A stretch of 48,212 nt of DNA, taken from Octopus sinensis (lineage: Eukaryota). Shown piece by piece: positions 1 through 13,151 of the stretch. The notes under the pieces are model-generated. The model saw only the letters and a program-made list of their open reading frames with translations. It was not told where the DNA came from and ran no database searches. Positions within the stretch are counted from its first letter, which is position 1. Every line of letters begins with the position of its first letter. The stretch lies in NCBI RefSeq assembly GCF_006345805.1, contig NW_021834474.1:1-48212 (forward strand), read 5' to 3'. The position numbers and the translations under genes are program-made.

Positions 1-202
1 CAAAGATTCTAAGCTTCATGGAAGAACAAAGAGCAGCCTTGATAACGATGATGGTGCCGGCGACGACCACGAGGATGGTGATGATGATAGTGGTGGGTGT
101 TCTAATGATTCTGAGAGTATGGTGGTGTAGTGATGATGCTTGCTAAGCAATTGGCCAAGAAAATTATGCGTTCATGACGATGATGATGATGCTGATGATG
201 AA

Positions 203-235
<33 letters not shown>

Positions 236-419
236 AGTGATGACAAGTTGTATAAGTAACTTGTTCTTATACAAGATAATTACGTCTTGAAACTTCTGTC
301 GTGGTCACACACATATCACACACACACGCACGCACACACACGCACACAAACACACCAAACACACACACACACACACAGAGGACACAAAGTAAAATGGGAC
401 TAGAATAAAAATAAGTGTA

Positions 420-469
<50 letters not shown>

Positions 470-820
470 ATATATATATGATGTGTTTATATATATATAT
501 ATATATAATATATGAGTGTTTATATATATAATATAATATATATATATGAGGGTTTTATATATATATATATGAGTGTTTATATATATATATATATATATAT
601 ATGAATTTGTCAGAAGTTCCTTTACTATATACTATATACTATATATATATATATATATATATATATGAGTGTTTATATGCATTTATCCCATGTATTTGAA
701 TATACGTTTAATAATAATAAACAGACTCCACATAAACACACCACCACTACTCATGTATATATTTCTTGAAATACACCACGAAGAATGCATCACTCTCTTT
801 CTCTCTCTCTCTTATTCATA

Positions 821-865
<45 letters not shown>

Positions 866-1415
866 ACACCACACACACACACACATACACACTAATACAG
901 TCAGTCGAGCAGTTAAGTGCTGCGCTCAGTAGGGCTCTTGTTAGAAAGCTGCTTGTATCAACACAGTGAAAAGAATGGTGTGTATTCTACTTGAGAGAAA
1001 CGAAGTGGGACAAAATGGTATTTGGCTGTCTAGACTTTCACAAGGAAGCAATGATGGTGTGATAAAGAAACAGGGAAGTCTGTTGTCTTCAGATCAACTA
1101 CTTGCCTATAAAAATGTAATCAGTACAACAAACACTTAACGTCGCCGATACCACCAACATCATCATAACTTGAGCCACCATCACCAGCGATCATAGCGCT
1201 ACCAGCCTCTGGATCAGTGTCTCTCAATCATATTTTTTTAAACCAATGGATTCCTGTTTTACTCTACTAGATCCCCATAATCACTAGATGTTTAAAAAAT
1301 TCCATTATATTCTTATGATTAAATATTATTAGGAATAGTATTAAAGATGTTAAAATATTTTGTGTATTGTTAAAAAATATCCAATTCCCTGCACATAAAC
1401 TTTAGCAACAAAGTA

Positions 1416-1528
1416 TTATATGAACACCAAGGAGTATATGGATCCCTCAATTATATGAACTCCACTAAGGAGTATATAGATCCCTCAATTATATGAACTC
1501 CACCAAGGAGTATATGGATCCCTCAATT
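1416..1528. repeat. 38-bp minisatellite, about 3 units
   Basis: Unit caccaaggagtatatggatccctcaattatatgaactc at 1425, 1463 and 1501 (partial). Confidence 0.9.
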
Positions 1529-2223
1529 CGCAGTCGAAAGTCTTAAAAACTTAAATCTACACTGGGTAATATACATAGTATCTGAAAAATCAGAAAATTT
1601 AATAATTGCCTTTAATTTAGACCCAAGGCTGGCAGTTTTGATACCATTGACTTTACTGGTGATTTATTTCATCAACTCCGAAGGAATAAAAGGTAAAGTT
1701 GGCCGAGGCAGGATTTGAAATAAGACTGCAGAGAGCCATCCGAACGAATACTGCAAGACTTTCCATTTGACGCTCTAAAGACTCTGCTAATTCGCCACCG
1801 GTATGTGTGTGTGTGTGTGTGTGTGGGTAATATAAAATCGATTTCATTCCATTTCTCGATAATCTAAACACGATTTCAAGTTAGCAGGTAGTAAGGTGGA
1901 GCAGGCAAGTCTGAAGTCGATATACACTCTCTTATCTTCGAATCAGTCAAGGCCTTGTGGGTGAAATTTGGAGTGGAAATCCGCCGTCGGTATTATTTCT
2001 GACCTTGAATGGTAAACATAACATGTTGGGGCATATAATAGAGCTGTGGGTGGCTTTTGACTCTGTTGCTTGTGTCTAGGCCAGAACTAGGCCAGTCTGA
2101 GGTTAATTTTCTTCATTCGTCCCATCAGCCACGGGGGCTCTGAAAAGTGTCATGGGTGCTGTCTTTTTCCTTTAACTAACCTACGAAACTGCTTCCTCCT
2201 GAACACACACAAGGACCTCTATG

Positions 2224-2609
2224 TGTGGAGGCGCAATGGCCCAGTGGTTAGGGTAGCGGACTCGCGGTCGTAGGATCGCGGTTTCGATTCCAGACCGGGC
2301 GTTGTGAGTGTTATTGAGCGAAAACACCTAAAAAGCTCCACGAGGCTCGGCAGGGGATGGTGGTGATCCCTGCTGTACTCTTTCACCTCAACTTTCTCTC
2401 ACTCTTACTTCCTGTGTTCTGTTGTACCTGTATTTCAAAAGGCCAGCCTGTCACTCTCTGGGTCACGCTGAATATCCCCGAGAACTACGTTAAGGGTGCA
2501 CGTGTCTGTGGAGTGCTCAACCACTTACACGTTAATTTCACGAGCAGGCTGTTCCGTTGATTCGGATCAACCGGAACCCTCGCCGTCGTAACCGACGGAG
2601 TGCTTCCAT
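2224..2609 (+). mobile_element. tRNA-derived SINE, family A, full length
   Basis: A-box tggcccagtggtt and B-box gtttcgattcc. TSD cctctatg at 2216-2223 and 2610-2617. Confidence 0.9.
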
Positions 2610-3154
2610 CCTCTATGCAGTCGCTTGATCTTATACAAATAGAAATAGCAACCAAATCTCCCTACCGTCTTAAAAATGAAGAACCTGATCATAACTGCTC
2701 AATTAGGGCTGAATTGGGCCTTAGCAGCAACAGCAACACTTCTACATGAACGCACATGTGAAGAACGTGGTCTTCTTTCTTAGCACATGTATAAACTCAC
2801 TCATAACTCTTCGTTCCCTTTCCTTCAGTTAACAATTCCTGGCTTCCATATCACCGAAGTGTCGTGTCGTGTTCTCTCCCCAGATTCAACATCAGACAAA
2901 CTCAAGTTATAAAAGCTGAGTTTTTCTAAAAGAATATCCAAATATCAAATTACATATAATCCTGGTAATGGGTCAGATAAATTGTACGCTCTACAAGAGC
3001 ATTAGATATTTCGGAATACTGCTGTCTGTCTGTCTGTCTGTTTCTCCCCGCTCTCTCTCTCTCTCTCTTCCTCTCATTCATTCGTCTCTTGTTCATTTAA
3101 CTAAAAATAACTTATTCACATGTCATAAATGTAGATTACTTCCATTTATAGAAT

Positions 3155-3322
3155 GAGTGGCTGTGTGGTAAGTAGCTTGTTTACCAACCACATGGTTCCG
3201 GGTTCAGTCCCGCTGCGTGGCACCTTGGGCAAGTGTCTTCTACTATAGCCTCGGGCCAACCAAAGCCTTATGAGTGGATTTGGTAGGCGGAAACTGAAAA
3301 GATGCCCGTCGTATAAATGTAT

Positions 3323-3381
<59 letters not shown>

Positions 3382-3590
3382 ATGTCTGTGTTTGTCCCCC
3401 TAGCATTGCTTGACAACCGATGCTGGTTTGTTATGTCCCCATTACTTAGCGGTCGGCAAAAGAAACCGATAGAATAAGTACTGGGCTTACAAAAGAATAA
3501 GTCCCGGGGTCGAGTTGCTCGATTAAAGGCGGTGCTCCAGCATGGCCGCAGTCAAATGACTGAAACAAGTAAAAGAGTAAAAGAGTAGAG
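3155..3590 (+). mobile_element. SINE family B (tRNA head, CORE-like body, internal (TA)n(TG)n, (gtaaaaga)n tail)
   Basis: ccgggttcagtccc B-box-like motif, ccttgggcaagtgtctt CORE-like motif and repeated gagtaaaa tail. About 14 copies in the window. Confidence 0.88.
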
Positions 3591-3719
3591 CTGCTGAAAG
3601 TCGAGGATATCATTTCAAGCTGTTGAATTTAATATTGATATGAGAGCAAAATCTAGGTCGGTTAGGTGGCCGAGTCGTTCGAGCGTAGGACAAAATACCT
3701 TATCCTATTTAGTTAGGTG

Positions 3720-4335
3720 GGAGGCCGCGAGTTAGAAGAGTCGTTAGCATGCCGGGTAAAATGCTCAGCGGCATTTCGTCCGTCTTCAAGTTCTGAGTTC
3801 AAATTCCACCGAGGTCAACTTTGTCCTTCAACTTTTGGGGGTCGATAAAATAAGTAGCAGTTGAGCACTGGGATCGATGTAATCGGCTTACCCCTGTCTC
3901 TCGAATTTACTGGTCCCCTGTGCCAAAATTAGAAACCATACTTAGTTAGAGTAGGCGATGAGCGGGCAGAATCGCTAGCACGCCGGGCGAAATGCGTAGC
4001 TGAATTTCGTCTGCCGCTACGGTCTGAGTTCAAATTCCGCCGAGGTCGACTTTGCCTTTCATCCTTTCGGGGTCAATAAATTAAGTACCAGTTACGCACT
4101 GGGGTCGATCTAATCGACTTAATCCCTTTGTCTGTCCTTGTTTGTCCCCTCTATGTTTAGCCCCTTGTGGGTAATAAAGAAATAAGAATCGTTAGCTCGC
4201 TGGCGAAATGCTTAGTGGCATTTCGTCAGTTTTTACGTTCTGAGTTTAAATCCCGCCGAGGGCGACTTCGCCTTTCATCCTCTCGGGGTCAATAAAATAA
4301 GTATCAGTCGAGCACTGGGTTTGCTTGACTGAAGT
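3720..4335 (+). mobile_element. Cluster of three family-C SINEs (tRNA head plus Deu/Nin-like domain)
   Basis: Each has gagttcaaattcc B-box and gcctttcatcctttcggggtcgataaa..aagtaccag, which resembles the Deu/Nin SINE domain as I recall it. Confidence 0.8.
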
Positions 4336-4734
4336 TGACCTGGGGATAAACACCACCACCTCTTTCTCTTTATTTTCTGCTAAAGCTCTTACCACGCAAT
4401 ATATTGAATCGTTTTTTCTTAGTGTTGATTCAGCAGTAGTAAATACACAGTGTGGAATTCTGACAAGATTTTGTGATAACAACTAATTTCGGAGCTTAAT
4501 TCTGTAGGTCTAGTGGTGTGATTCTCATTGGAGGATGGGCAGATTTAAAGCAAGAAGCACAAAGTATGAGATCTTGTCTTACTAGTTTGACTTGATAGCA
4601 AAAGAAAATTAAACCAACATACTAATTTTGCTTGTTTGTAGCAGAAACACTTTTAGCTTTACAATTTCATTCACGAAACTAAATTACAATAATTAATAGA
4701 ATCCGGTCCGCTGAAACTGGCATTATTTGAACAA

Positions 4735-5067
4735 GAGAACAAGAGAGAGTGAGGGAGGAGAGAGAGAGTGAGGGGAGGAGAGAGAAAGAAAAAAAGATAG
4801 ACATATAGATAGAGAGATAGATAGAGAGAAAGGAAAGGAGAAAGGAAGAAAAAGACAGATAGATAGAGGGAGAGAGAAAGAGGAGATAGAGAGATAGATA
4901 GATAGAAAGAAAGAGAGAGAGAGAGAGAGTGGGGAGAGAGAGAAAGAAAAAGATAGAGAGATAGATAGAGAGAAAGGAAAGGAGAAAAGAAGAAAAAGAG
5001 AGATAGATAGAGGGAGAGAGAAAGAGGAGATAGAGAGATAGATAGATAGAAAGAAAGAGAGAAAGAA

Positions 5068-5100
<33 letters not shown>
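4735..5100. repeat. Polypurine (GA/GATA) compound microsatellite with an internal ~130-bp duplication
   Basis: Almost pure A/G strand. The block gatagagagatagatagagagaaaggaaaggag occurs twice. Confidence 0.85.
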
Positions 5101-5498
5101 GGACACGAAAATATAACAAAAATGCACAGACAGAACAAAAAAAAAAGAAAAGTTTCGAAAAAGAAAAACATCCTTGTTAAAAAGTGAAGTCGTCAACTCT
5201 GTATCAGAGGTACTTGAATATATCTTTTACACGACACTTCAAAATCTAGATTGTAGAATAAAACAAACGCAAAATAAAATAAAATAACATAACAAAAAAA
5301 AAAAAGGCATTTGCATTGATAACCTGGCATTGATATCAATTTATAAAACCAAGAAGTTTTGAGAGTCGAGAAGACGGTGAAAAATAAATTAGTGGTTAGT
5401 GTCAAAGTGGTCAAAGCGAACTCAGTTTATGACTCAACAGAATGAAGAATGCTGTTTGCACTATTTGACTTAAATTAGTAGTATCAATGTTGTTTTTT

Positions 5499-5880
5499 GA
5501 AGCACTCCGTCGGTTGCGACGACGAGGGTTCCGGTTGATCCGATCAACGGAACAGCCTGCTCGTGAAATTAACGTGTAAGTGGCTGAGCACTCTACAGAC
5601 ACGTGCACCCTTAACGTAGTTCTCGGGGATATTCAGCGTGACACAGAGAGTGACAAGGCCAGCCCTTTGAAATACAGGTACAACAGAAACAGGAAGTAAG
5701 AGTGAGAGAAAGTTGTGGTGAAAGAGTACAGCAGGGATCACCACCATCCCCTGCCGGAGCCTCGTGGAGCTTTAGGTGTTTTCGCTCAATAAACACTCAC
5801 AACGCCCGGTCTGGGAATCGAAACCGCGATCCTACGACCGCGAGTCCGCTGCCCTAACCACTGGGCCATTGCGCCTCCAC
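5499..5880 (-). mobile_element. SINE family A, full length
   Basis: Reverse-complement match to 2224-2609. Confidence 0.9.
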
Positions 5881-5932
5881 GAACTTTAAAATTATTCATA
5901 TGGCAATCTAAGAATGTTATCTATTTTGATAA

Positions 5933-6370
5933 GGCAACGAGCTGGCAGAATCTTTAGCACGTCGGGTGAAAAGCTTTCATCTGCTTTCATGTTCTGAGTT
6001 CAAATTCCCCTGAGGTTGATTTTTGTCTTTCATCCTTTTGGGGTCGATAAAATGAGTAGCAATTGAGTCCTGGGGTCGATGTAATCGACTTATCCCTTGC
6101 CCCGAAATTGCTGGCCTTGTGCAAAAATTTGAAATCAATATTATCTCTTTCGTCAAAGCGATGAGCTTGTAGAACCGTTAGTATGCCGGATAAAATACTT
6201 AGCGACATTTCGTCCGTTTTTATATGTTGAGTTAAAATTCCGCCAGGTCGACTTTGCCGTTCATCCTTTCGGGGTCATTAAAATAAGTACCAGTGAAGTA
6301 CTCGGAGTCATGTAATCGACTTCCCCTCCCCTCAAAAACTGCTGGTTCTGCACCAAAAGTTGAAACCATA
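5933..6370 (+). mobile_element. Two tandem family-C SINEs
   Basis: Family match at about 5933-6140 and 6157-6370. Confidence 0.78.
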
Positions 6371-6564
6371 AGGTGGGGAGTTGGAGGAACCATTAGACAA
6401 ATTTGCCTTTTACGCTTTCGAGCACTAGGGTCGTTATGATCAATTGGCCCCGCTCTCTTACAAACTCGAACCCGTAAGCCTATATAAGACAGGATTGTTA
6501 GTTTCTTCAAATTATCTTTGGCGGTCATCGTTTTGAGGATCATTTTTTAAAAACTTGACTCTCT

Positions 6565-6975
6565 CTCTTTTACTCTTTTAATTGTTTCAGTCATTTGACT
6601 GCGGCCATGCTGGAGCACCGCCTTTAATCGAGCAACTCGACCCCGGGACTTATTCTTTTTCTAAGCCCAGTACTTATTCTATCGGTTTCTTTTTGCCGAA
6701 CCGCTAAGTAACGGGGACATAAACACACCAGCATCGGTTGTCAAGCAATGCTAGGGGGACAAACACAGACACACAAACATATACACACACATACATATAT
6801 ATATACATATATACGACGGGCATCTTTCAGTTTCTGTCTACCAAATCCACTCACAAGGCATTGGTCGGCTCGAGGCTATAGAAGAAGACACTCGCCCAAG
6901 ATGCCCCGCAGTGGGACTGAACCCGGAACCATGTGGTTGGTTAGCAAGCTACTTACCACACAGCCACTCCTGCGC
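6565..6975 (-). mobile_element. SINE family B
   Basis: Reverse-complement family match. Confidence 0.88.
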
Positions 6976-7048
6976 AGAATCTATTGTGTTTTATTGTAGA
7001 TAGTAGCCAAAAATGTTTCTCCTGCTGCTAACCCTCTCTCTGTCAACT

Positions 7049-7475
7049 ATAGGCACAGGCGTACGTGTGTAGTAAGAAGCTTGTTTCCCAACCACATGGT
7101 TCCGGGTTCAGTCCCACTGTGGCGTGGCACCTTGGGCGAGTGTCTACTACTAAAGCCTCGGGCCAATCAAAGCGATTTGCTAGAAAGGAGCCCGTCGTGT
7201 ATATGAATGTATCTATATGTGTGTGTGTATGTCTGTATGTGTATGTGTGTGTGTTTATATTTGTTCCCCACTCCAATGCTTAACAACCAGCGTTGGTTTG
7301 TTCGTGTCCCCGTAATTAGCAGTTCGGTAAAAGAAACCGATAGAATAAGTACCAGGCTTAAAAACAAAAAAAAAAACACAAAAAAAACTGTGTTAGGGTC
7401 GATTCATTCGACTAAGAGTATTTCAGGGCGGTGACCCAGCATGGCCGCGGTTTAATAACTGAAACAGATAAGAGA
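7049..7475 (+). mobile_element. SINE family B, diverged
   Basis: Family match with substitutions and deletions. Confidence 0.8.
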
Positions 7476-7597
7476 TATCTCTGCCAATTTTTTTTACTCT
7501 CCGTCTGGTGCGAAACTATCAGGAAAGCCCATGTTTAAGGTTGAGATGTAATCGCAGCGTGTTTCAGAAAATTCCGAAATCACAATGCTGGAGAATA

Positions 7598-8099
7598 TCT
7601 ATATATATAAAACTCTAGTTGTGTGAGTGTCTGTCCCCTTCGATTTAGATTCCTAACTCCTCCCACATTTTGCGGTGCAGTTTAACCAAATTCGGGTATC
7701 TTATAGTCGTGATTCATATCAAGCCCGTCTGACTATTAGCGCGCTCAACGATGAGTCTACGATTAAAAATAATTTAACATCATTTTTTATTCCATTTTAA
7801 TGCATAAAATGCATCGTATGTCGATGGCGGCGGAGTTGGCGTCCACGCTCACAGCTGCACCTGTTTGCTTCTTCCCCTTCCCTCCCTCGTGAAGCTGTGG
7901 GGAAGGGAGTGTAAAGAAATCAACGTCGTAATGCGTTGTGAGGAAACCAGCGTTCTTTTAGAACAACGACTTCATGGCTTGAAGACACCAAAATAAAAAT
8001 GGCTAAGAAAGCCCGAATTTATAAGGCAAGTAACTCTCTAAAAATGCTTATATAGTTATTTCCCTTACAAACCCGAGCAACGCCGGGCGATACTGCTAG
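7598..8099 (+). mobile_element. Non-autonomous Helitron, copy 1 (first unit of a tandem dimer)
   Basis: 5' A|TC(tatatatataaaa) and 3' GC-rich hairpin cccgagcaacgccggg followed by CTAG|T. No TSD. Confidence 0.85.
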
Positions 8100-8497
8100 T
8101 CTTTATATATAAAAGTGAAGTTGTGTGATGTCTGTCTCCCACGATTTAGATTCCTAACTACTCCCACATTTTGCGGTGCAGTTTAACCAAAACCGGGTAT
8201 CTTATAGTCGTGATTCATATCGAGCCCTTCTGGGTTTAATCGCGCGTCTATGATGAGTCTACGATTTAAAAAACAATTTACCATCAATTTTACCCATTTT
8301 TAATGCATTTTTGGCATATATAAAGGAAGTAACTCTCTAAAAATTTATTATTAAATCTCAGAACGTAAAAAGCTACAGTAACACACACCCCCTTTGTGGT
8401 TAGCCATATTGAGATGGCTATTATACTTTACATCTCTAAAAACGCTTATATAGTTATTTCCCTTACAAACCCGAGCAACGCCGGGCGATACTGCTTG
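8100..8497 (+). mobile_element. Non-autonomous Helitron, copy 2 (second unit of the dimer)
   Basis: Starts with TC immediately after the CTAG of copy 1. Same 3' hairpin, ending CTTG|T. Confidence 0.85.
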
Positions 8498-8972
8498 TGG
8501 GGTATAAAAGTTGATCAAATCATAGGAAACGAGGAGAACTTAGCTGAATTTCACCAAACATAAAAAACAAACAAACCCATAAGAGCCTGGTCGTATTAAT
8601 AGTTGTACTGAATGAGAGAGACGGAGAGAGGGAGAGAGAGAGGGGAGAGAGAGAGAGAGGGAGTGGAAGAGAGGGCGAAGGAGAGCGGGAAAGCGAAGGA
8701 AGCAAAGGAAGAAGGAAAGAAATAGTTGAGAGGGCGGTCATTGAAACATTACCAGAAATTTTTACTAGGCTTAAATCTACAATCCAGAAATTTTGTCTCA
8801 ACCACCGGTCTTCCGTATTATTTTCGCGTAATTGTCATTTTTCAAAATATATATTTTTCACGTGATAGGAATAGAGATTGAATGGCAATATTTCCTGTCC
8901 TAAATCCTTATAAGATGTGTCAGCTTTGCATTAATATATGCACACACTCGCTAAAGTGTGTGAGTGTGTGTC

Positions 8973-9045
<73 letters not shown>

Positions 9046-9510
9046 GCTTACACACACACACACACCCATACACCACATATATATTTATATACACATATGT
9101 ATACACACAAACACACATATATTACATACATAGATGTATATTTACGCATATGTGTGCGTATATATATATTATATATATATATATATATATAATATATATA
9201 TATACGCCCACACATATATAATTCTTTTTTGGAACGGGATCTCGAAGCATACATAAGGCTATAAATAACAGCGTGTAAATATTGGGTTGAAAGCCTCTTT
9301 GGATAGGCATATACATACATATATGCATACATACATATATACATATATACATACGCACACACATATGTATGTATACATATAGGTTTGGTAGAACAAATAA
9401 GATGAATCCAACTTTGTACATGAGTGTACATTTTTTAATCGGTGGATGTGACAAAAGTGATTCAACGGGTAGAGTTTGAGCAACTTTTGTAATTTCTTCT
9501 GATTAGAAAA

Positions 9511-9564
<54 letters not shown>

Positions 9565-9604
9565 TTCTTTCTTTCTGTCTTCTTTCTTTCTTTCTTTCTT
9601 TCTT

Positions 9605-9685
<81 letters not shown>

Positions 9686-9697
9686 TTACCTACCTAC

Positions 9698-9736
<39 letters not shown>

Positions 9737-9831
9737 CCTATCTATTTACCTACCTACCTACCTACCTACCTACCTACCTACCTACCTACCTACCTACCTG
9801 TCTATCTATCTATCTATCTATCTATCTATCA

Positions 9832-9869
<38 letters not shown>

Positions 9870-10007
9870 TTACCTACCTACCTACCTGTCTATCTATATA
9901 TCTATCTATCTATCTATCTATCTATCAATCTATCTATCCATCATCTATCTATCTATCTATCTATCTATCCATCATCTATCTATCTATCTATCCATCATCT
10001 ATCTATG

Positions 10008-10071
<64 letters not shown>

Positions 10072-10100
10072 CATCCATCTATCTATCTATCTATCTATCC

Positions 10101-10146
<46 letters not shown>

Positions 10147-10187
10147 TTACCTACTTATCTATCTACCTACCTACCTACCTACCTACC

Positions 10188-10245
<58 letters not shown>

Positions 10246-10300
10246 TCTATCTATCAATCTATTTACCTACCTACCTACCTGTCTGTCTATCTATCTATCT
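9511..10300. repeat. Compound tetranucleotide microsatellite (TCTG/TCTT/TCTA/CCTA)
   Basis: Direct inspection. Confidence 0.95.
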
Positions 10301-10496
10301 TGTTGCAAACGTTTTACCACACACACACACACACACACACACATACTCTCTCTCACACACACACATATACACTCTAATATAGCTCAAGAGTTAGTTATCG
10401 TCCACCTACACACAACGGAAGTAAGTTTTTAAAAGATAACCTTTATTTGACGTACTTAACATATCCAAAATTCTATATTAAGGAAGATGATGGGAT

Positions 10497-10905
10497 TACT
10501 CTTTTACTCTTTTACTTGTTTCAGTCATTTGACTGCGGCCATGCTGGAGCACCGCCTTTAATCGAGCAACTCGACCCCGGGACTTATTCTTTTGTAAGCC
10601 CAGTACTTATTCTATCGGTCTCTTTTGCCGAACCGCTAAGTAACGGGGACATAAACACACCAGCATCGGTTGTCAAGCAATGCTAGGGGGACTACACAGA
10701 ACCACAAACACACACACCGCATATATATATATATACATATATACGACGGGCTTCTTTCAGTTTCCGTCTACCAAATCCACTCACAAGGCTTTGGTCGGCC
10801 CGAGGCTATAGTAGAAGACACTTGCCCAAGATGCCACGCAGCGGGACTGAACCCGGAACCATGTGGTTGGTAAGCAAGCTACTTACCACACAGCCACTAC
10901 TGCTT
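10497..10905 (-). mobile_element. SINE family B
   Basis: Reverse-complement family match. Confidence 0.88.
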
Positions 10906-12214
10906 CAAACCTAACACAAGTTTCAAATAGAATCTTACAATCTACCTCTTTTGTCAACCAAAATATGTAGCAAGCTCGAAGGTCCGAAACCATATTCCAT
11001 TTTAGATGGATTTCTGTACGTAGAATTCAGAACTGACTCGTTCTAATGTCAATCACTTTTACTAGGCCTTGGGGTTAGCGAATGTAATTCGTCAAATTAT
11101 TGAATACTGAGATCTCAGGCGTTCTCGGCCCCCGGACCATATCCCTGCTTACTGCTATCGGGACGGAGATGGCTATCCGCAAGTGCATGTCCTGTGAGTC
11201 AGAGTGGCTGTTCTAGCGCATCTCCTTCGCCACGACTTCTCCATTTTGTACGTTCCACTCCTTAATTTTCCAAATTGTACGTTCACTCTTTAATGTAATG
11301 TTGTGCAATTTACTGTTGTATTTGCTTGTTTTATATATAAAACATTACAACCATTCAGTTCATTTAAAGATTCAACGCAGTATAGGGTAATTAAAAAAAA
11401 AGTGGAATCGTAAGAGGATGAGAGACATCTATGAAACACTTCTTTACTCAGCAAGTATGCAGCGCTAATGTATGCAAACGTCCATTATAAATTGGACGTC
11501 AGAAATTAGAAACCAATTTTCATCTGGATTAAGAATAGTTTCTTTAAATATAGCACAAAAACATGTCTTTTGCACGAGAAAACAGATTATATAATAATAC
11601 AAAAATAAAACAAGAATATTACTGTATCAATCCAATGATGATGAATGGTAAATCGATCTTGGCAGATTGAATTTGTGTGTGTTGGGTGGAGGAAGAGCTA
11701 CAGTTTGGCAAACAATCATTTATTGTGGTTGCTCAATAAAAGTTCAGTGTCGCAATCCTAGTTGGAGTGGCATTGCGACTAACTCAAATTGTTTTGAGGT
11801 TTCAAACCTTGAAGAAAACTTGACTGCGAGAATTGTGCTTCAGACAAATTTAATACAAGAAATTTCATTCCATTTGGAATATCCTCCATGTCGTAAATGC
11901 TGCTCTTTTGGAAGCAAAAGCTACAATTTCAGCTACCAACGCCGGTTCGCCTGTCTTAATATCCCCAATTTTGATTAAAAGTGAAACGCTTTCGTATGTG
12001 TTACGAACAGAAAAGAAATCTATTGTATACGCAGCGGATTATAATATTAATAAATCCATAATACAAAACACCACCTTCATTTCTTATCTGTGTAAACTAA
12101 TACAACGGTGACCAGAAATATGACTTAGTTGTTGTAATATAAGTGCACGAATTAGTTGCTGGTAAGCATCGTTATTACAGTAAACAAGAAATATAAAACA
12201 AAACACAAACTTAC

Positions 12215-12355
12215 CTTCTTCTGTGCAGTTTTCTCCACTAAATTGGGGCTTACAGTTGCAGATAAAACCACCAGAAGGTGTCGGGGTACATACGCTTCTG
12301 TTGTTGCAAGGCTTTAAACGCACACAAACACTAAGCTTTTTCTGGCACAAATTTC
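12215..12355 (-). CDS. EGF exon of 141 nt that supplies the last Cys of EGF13 and the whole of EGF14
   Basis: Acceptor tttatcatttcag|GA at 12356/12355 and donor GAA G|GTAAGT at 12215/12214. Translation (G)NLCQKKLSVCVRLKPCNNRSVCTPTPSGGFICNCKPQFSGENCTEE. Confidence 0.9.
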
Positions 12356-12669
12356 CTGAAATGATAAAGTGACGTTTTAGTATAATTACACGCATGCATG
12401 TTGTAATATATAATATATATATATATATATATACCTTTTGAAATATGTATAATCATTTCTTATATTAATAGAAGGACCGAATTATTTGGAGGAGTATTGT
12501 CAGTTGATTTAATTTAATACATGACTAATATTTATCTCACTGACACAGGAGGCTTGAATTCATAATTCAGAGAATGTAGAAGGGAGGAACTTAATACTCT
12601 AAAGAATATGGTTCTACCGCTCTACCGTTTCCAAAACCCCATTCCTCTTATATATATAAATATACATAC

Positions 12670-12760
<91 letters not shown>

Positions 12761-12764
<4 letters not shown>

Positions 12765-13077
12765 GGAGTAAATCCAAACTTACAGGGAAAAATTAGATTT
12801 AGGATTAAATCCAATTTTAAAACTAGTAGTGTTTTATCTCTAATTTAAACCTCGCTAAGATAAATATTTCAATTACCTGAAGATTGACTGTAACCATAAC
12901 TCGAATTATTACGAATTGGACAGCCATGAAACGATCGTAGTGTTATACTCATTATCTTTTATTAAACTTTTAATACTTTTGATATATATTTAGAATAATA
13001 TAAATTAATTAATTTTATGTATTGGCTTAAGTTTTTCATTGTTTGATTTGCCTAATAGTGGTTTTATCTCTAATTTA

Positions 13078-13085
<8 letters not shown>
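12761..13085 (+). mobile_element. Probable Penelope-like retroelement pLTR remnant carrying HHR-1, inside (TA)n
   Basis: Bounded by (TA)n tracts on both sides. An internal direct repeat tagt(g)gttttatctctaattta flanks the ribozyme. Its 3' part recurs at 36541-36670. Confidence 0.55.
12874..12942 (+). ncRNA. Minimal type-I hammerhead ribozyme motif with a weak stem I (HHR-1)
   Basis: CUGAAGA at 12877-12883. Stem II includes CUGU/ACAG, CCA/UGG and UCG/CGA. GAAAC-GAUC-GUA at 12928-12939. Stem I is only UAC/GUG. Confidence 0.6.
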
Positions 13086-13150
<65 letters not shown>

Positions 13151-13151
13151 C

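Noticed and set aside
2224-2300. tRNA genes at the SINE heads
   Set aside because: A and B boxes are present, but there is no complete cloverleaf acceptor stem or T-run terminator. The heads continue into SINE bodies with TSDs.
11667-11978. 103-aa plus-strand Cys-containing ORF
   Set aside because: No recognisable domain or splice context. It is antisense to the likely 3' region of the main gene.
12084-12214. Read-through FVFCFIFLVYC as a transmembrane helix
   Set aside because: Only about 11 hydrophobic residues, and they come from the T-rich sequence after a consensus GTAAGT donor.
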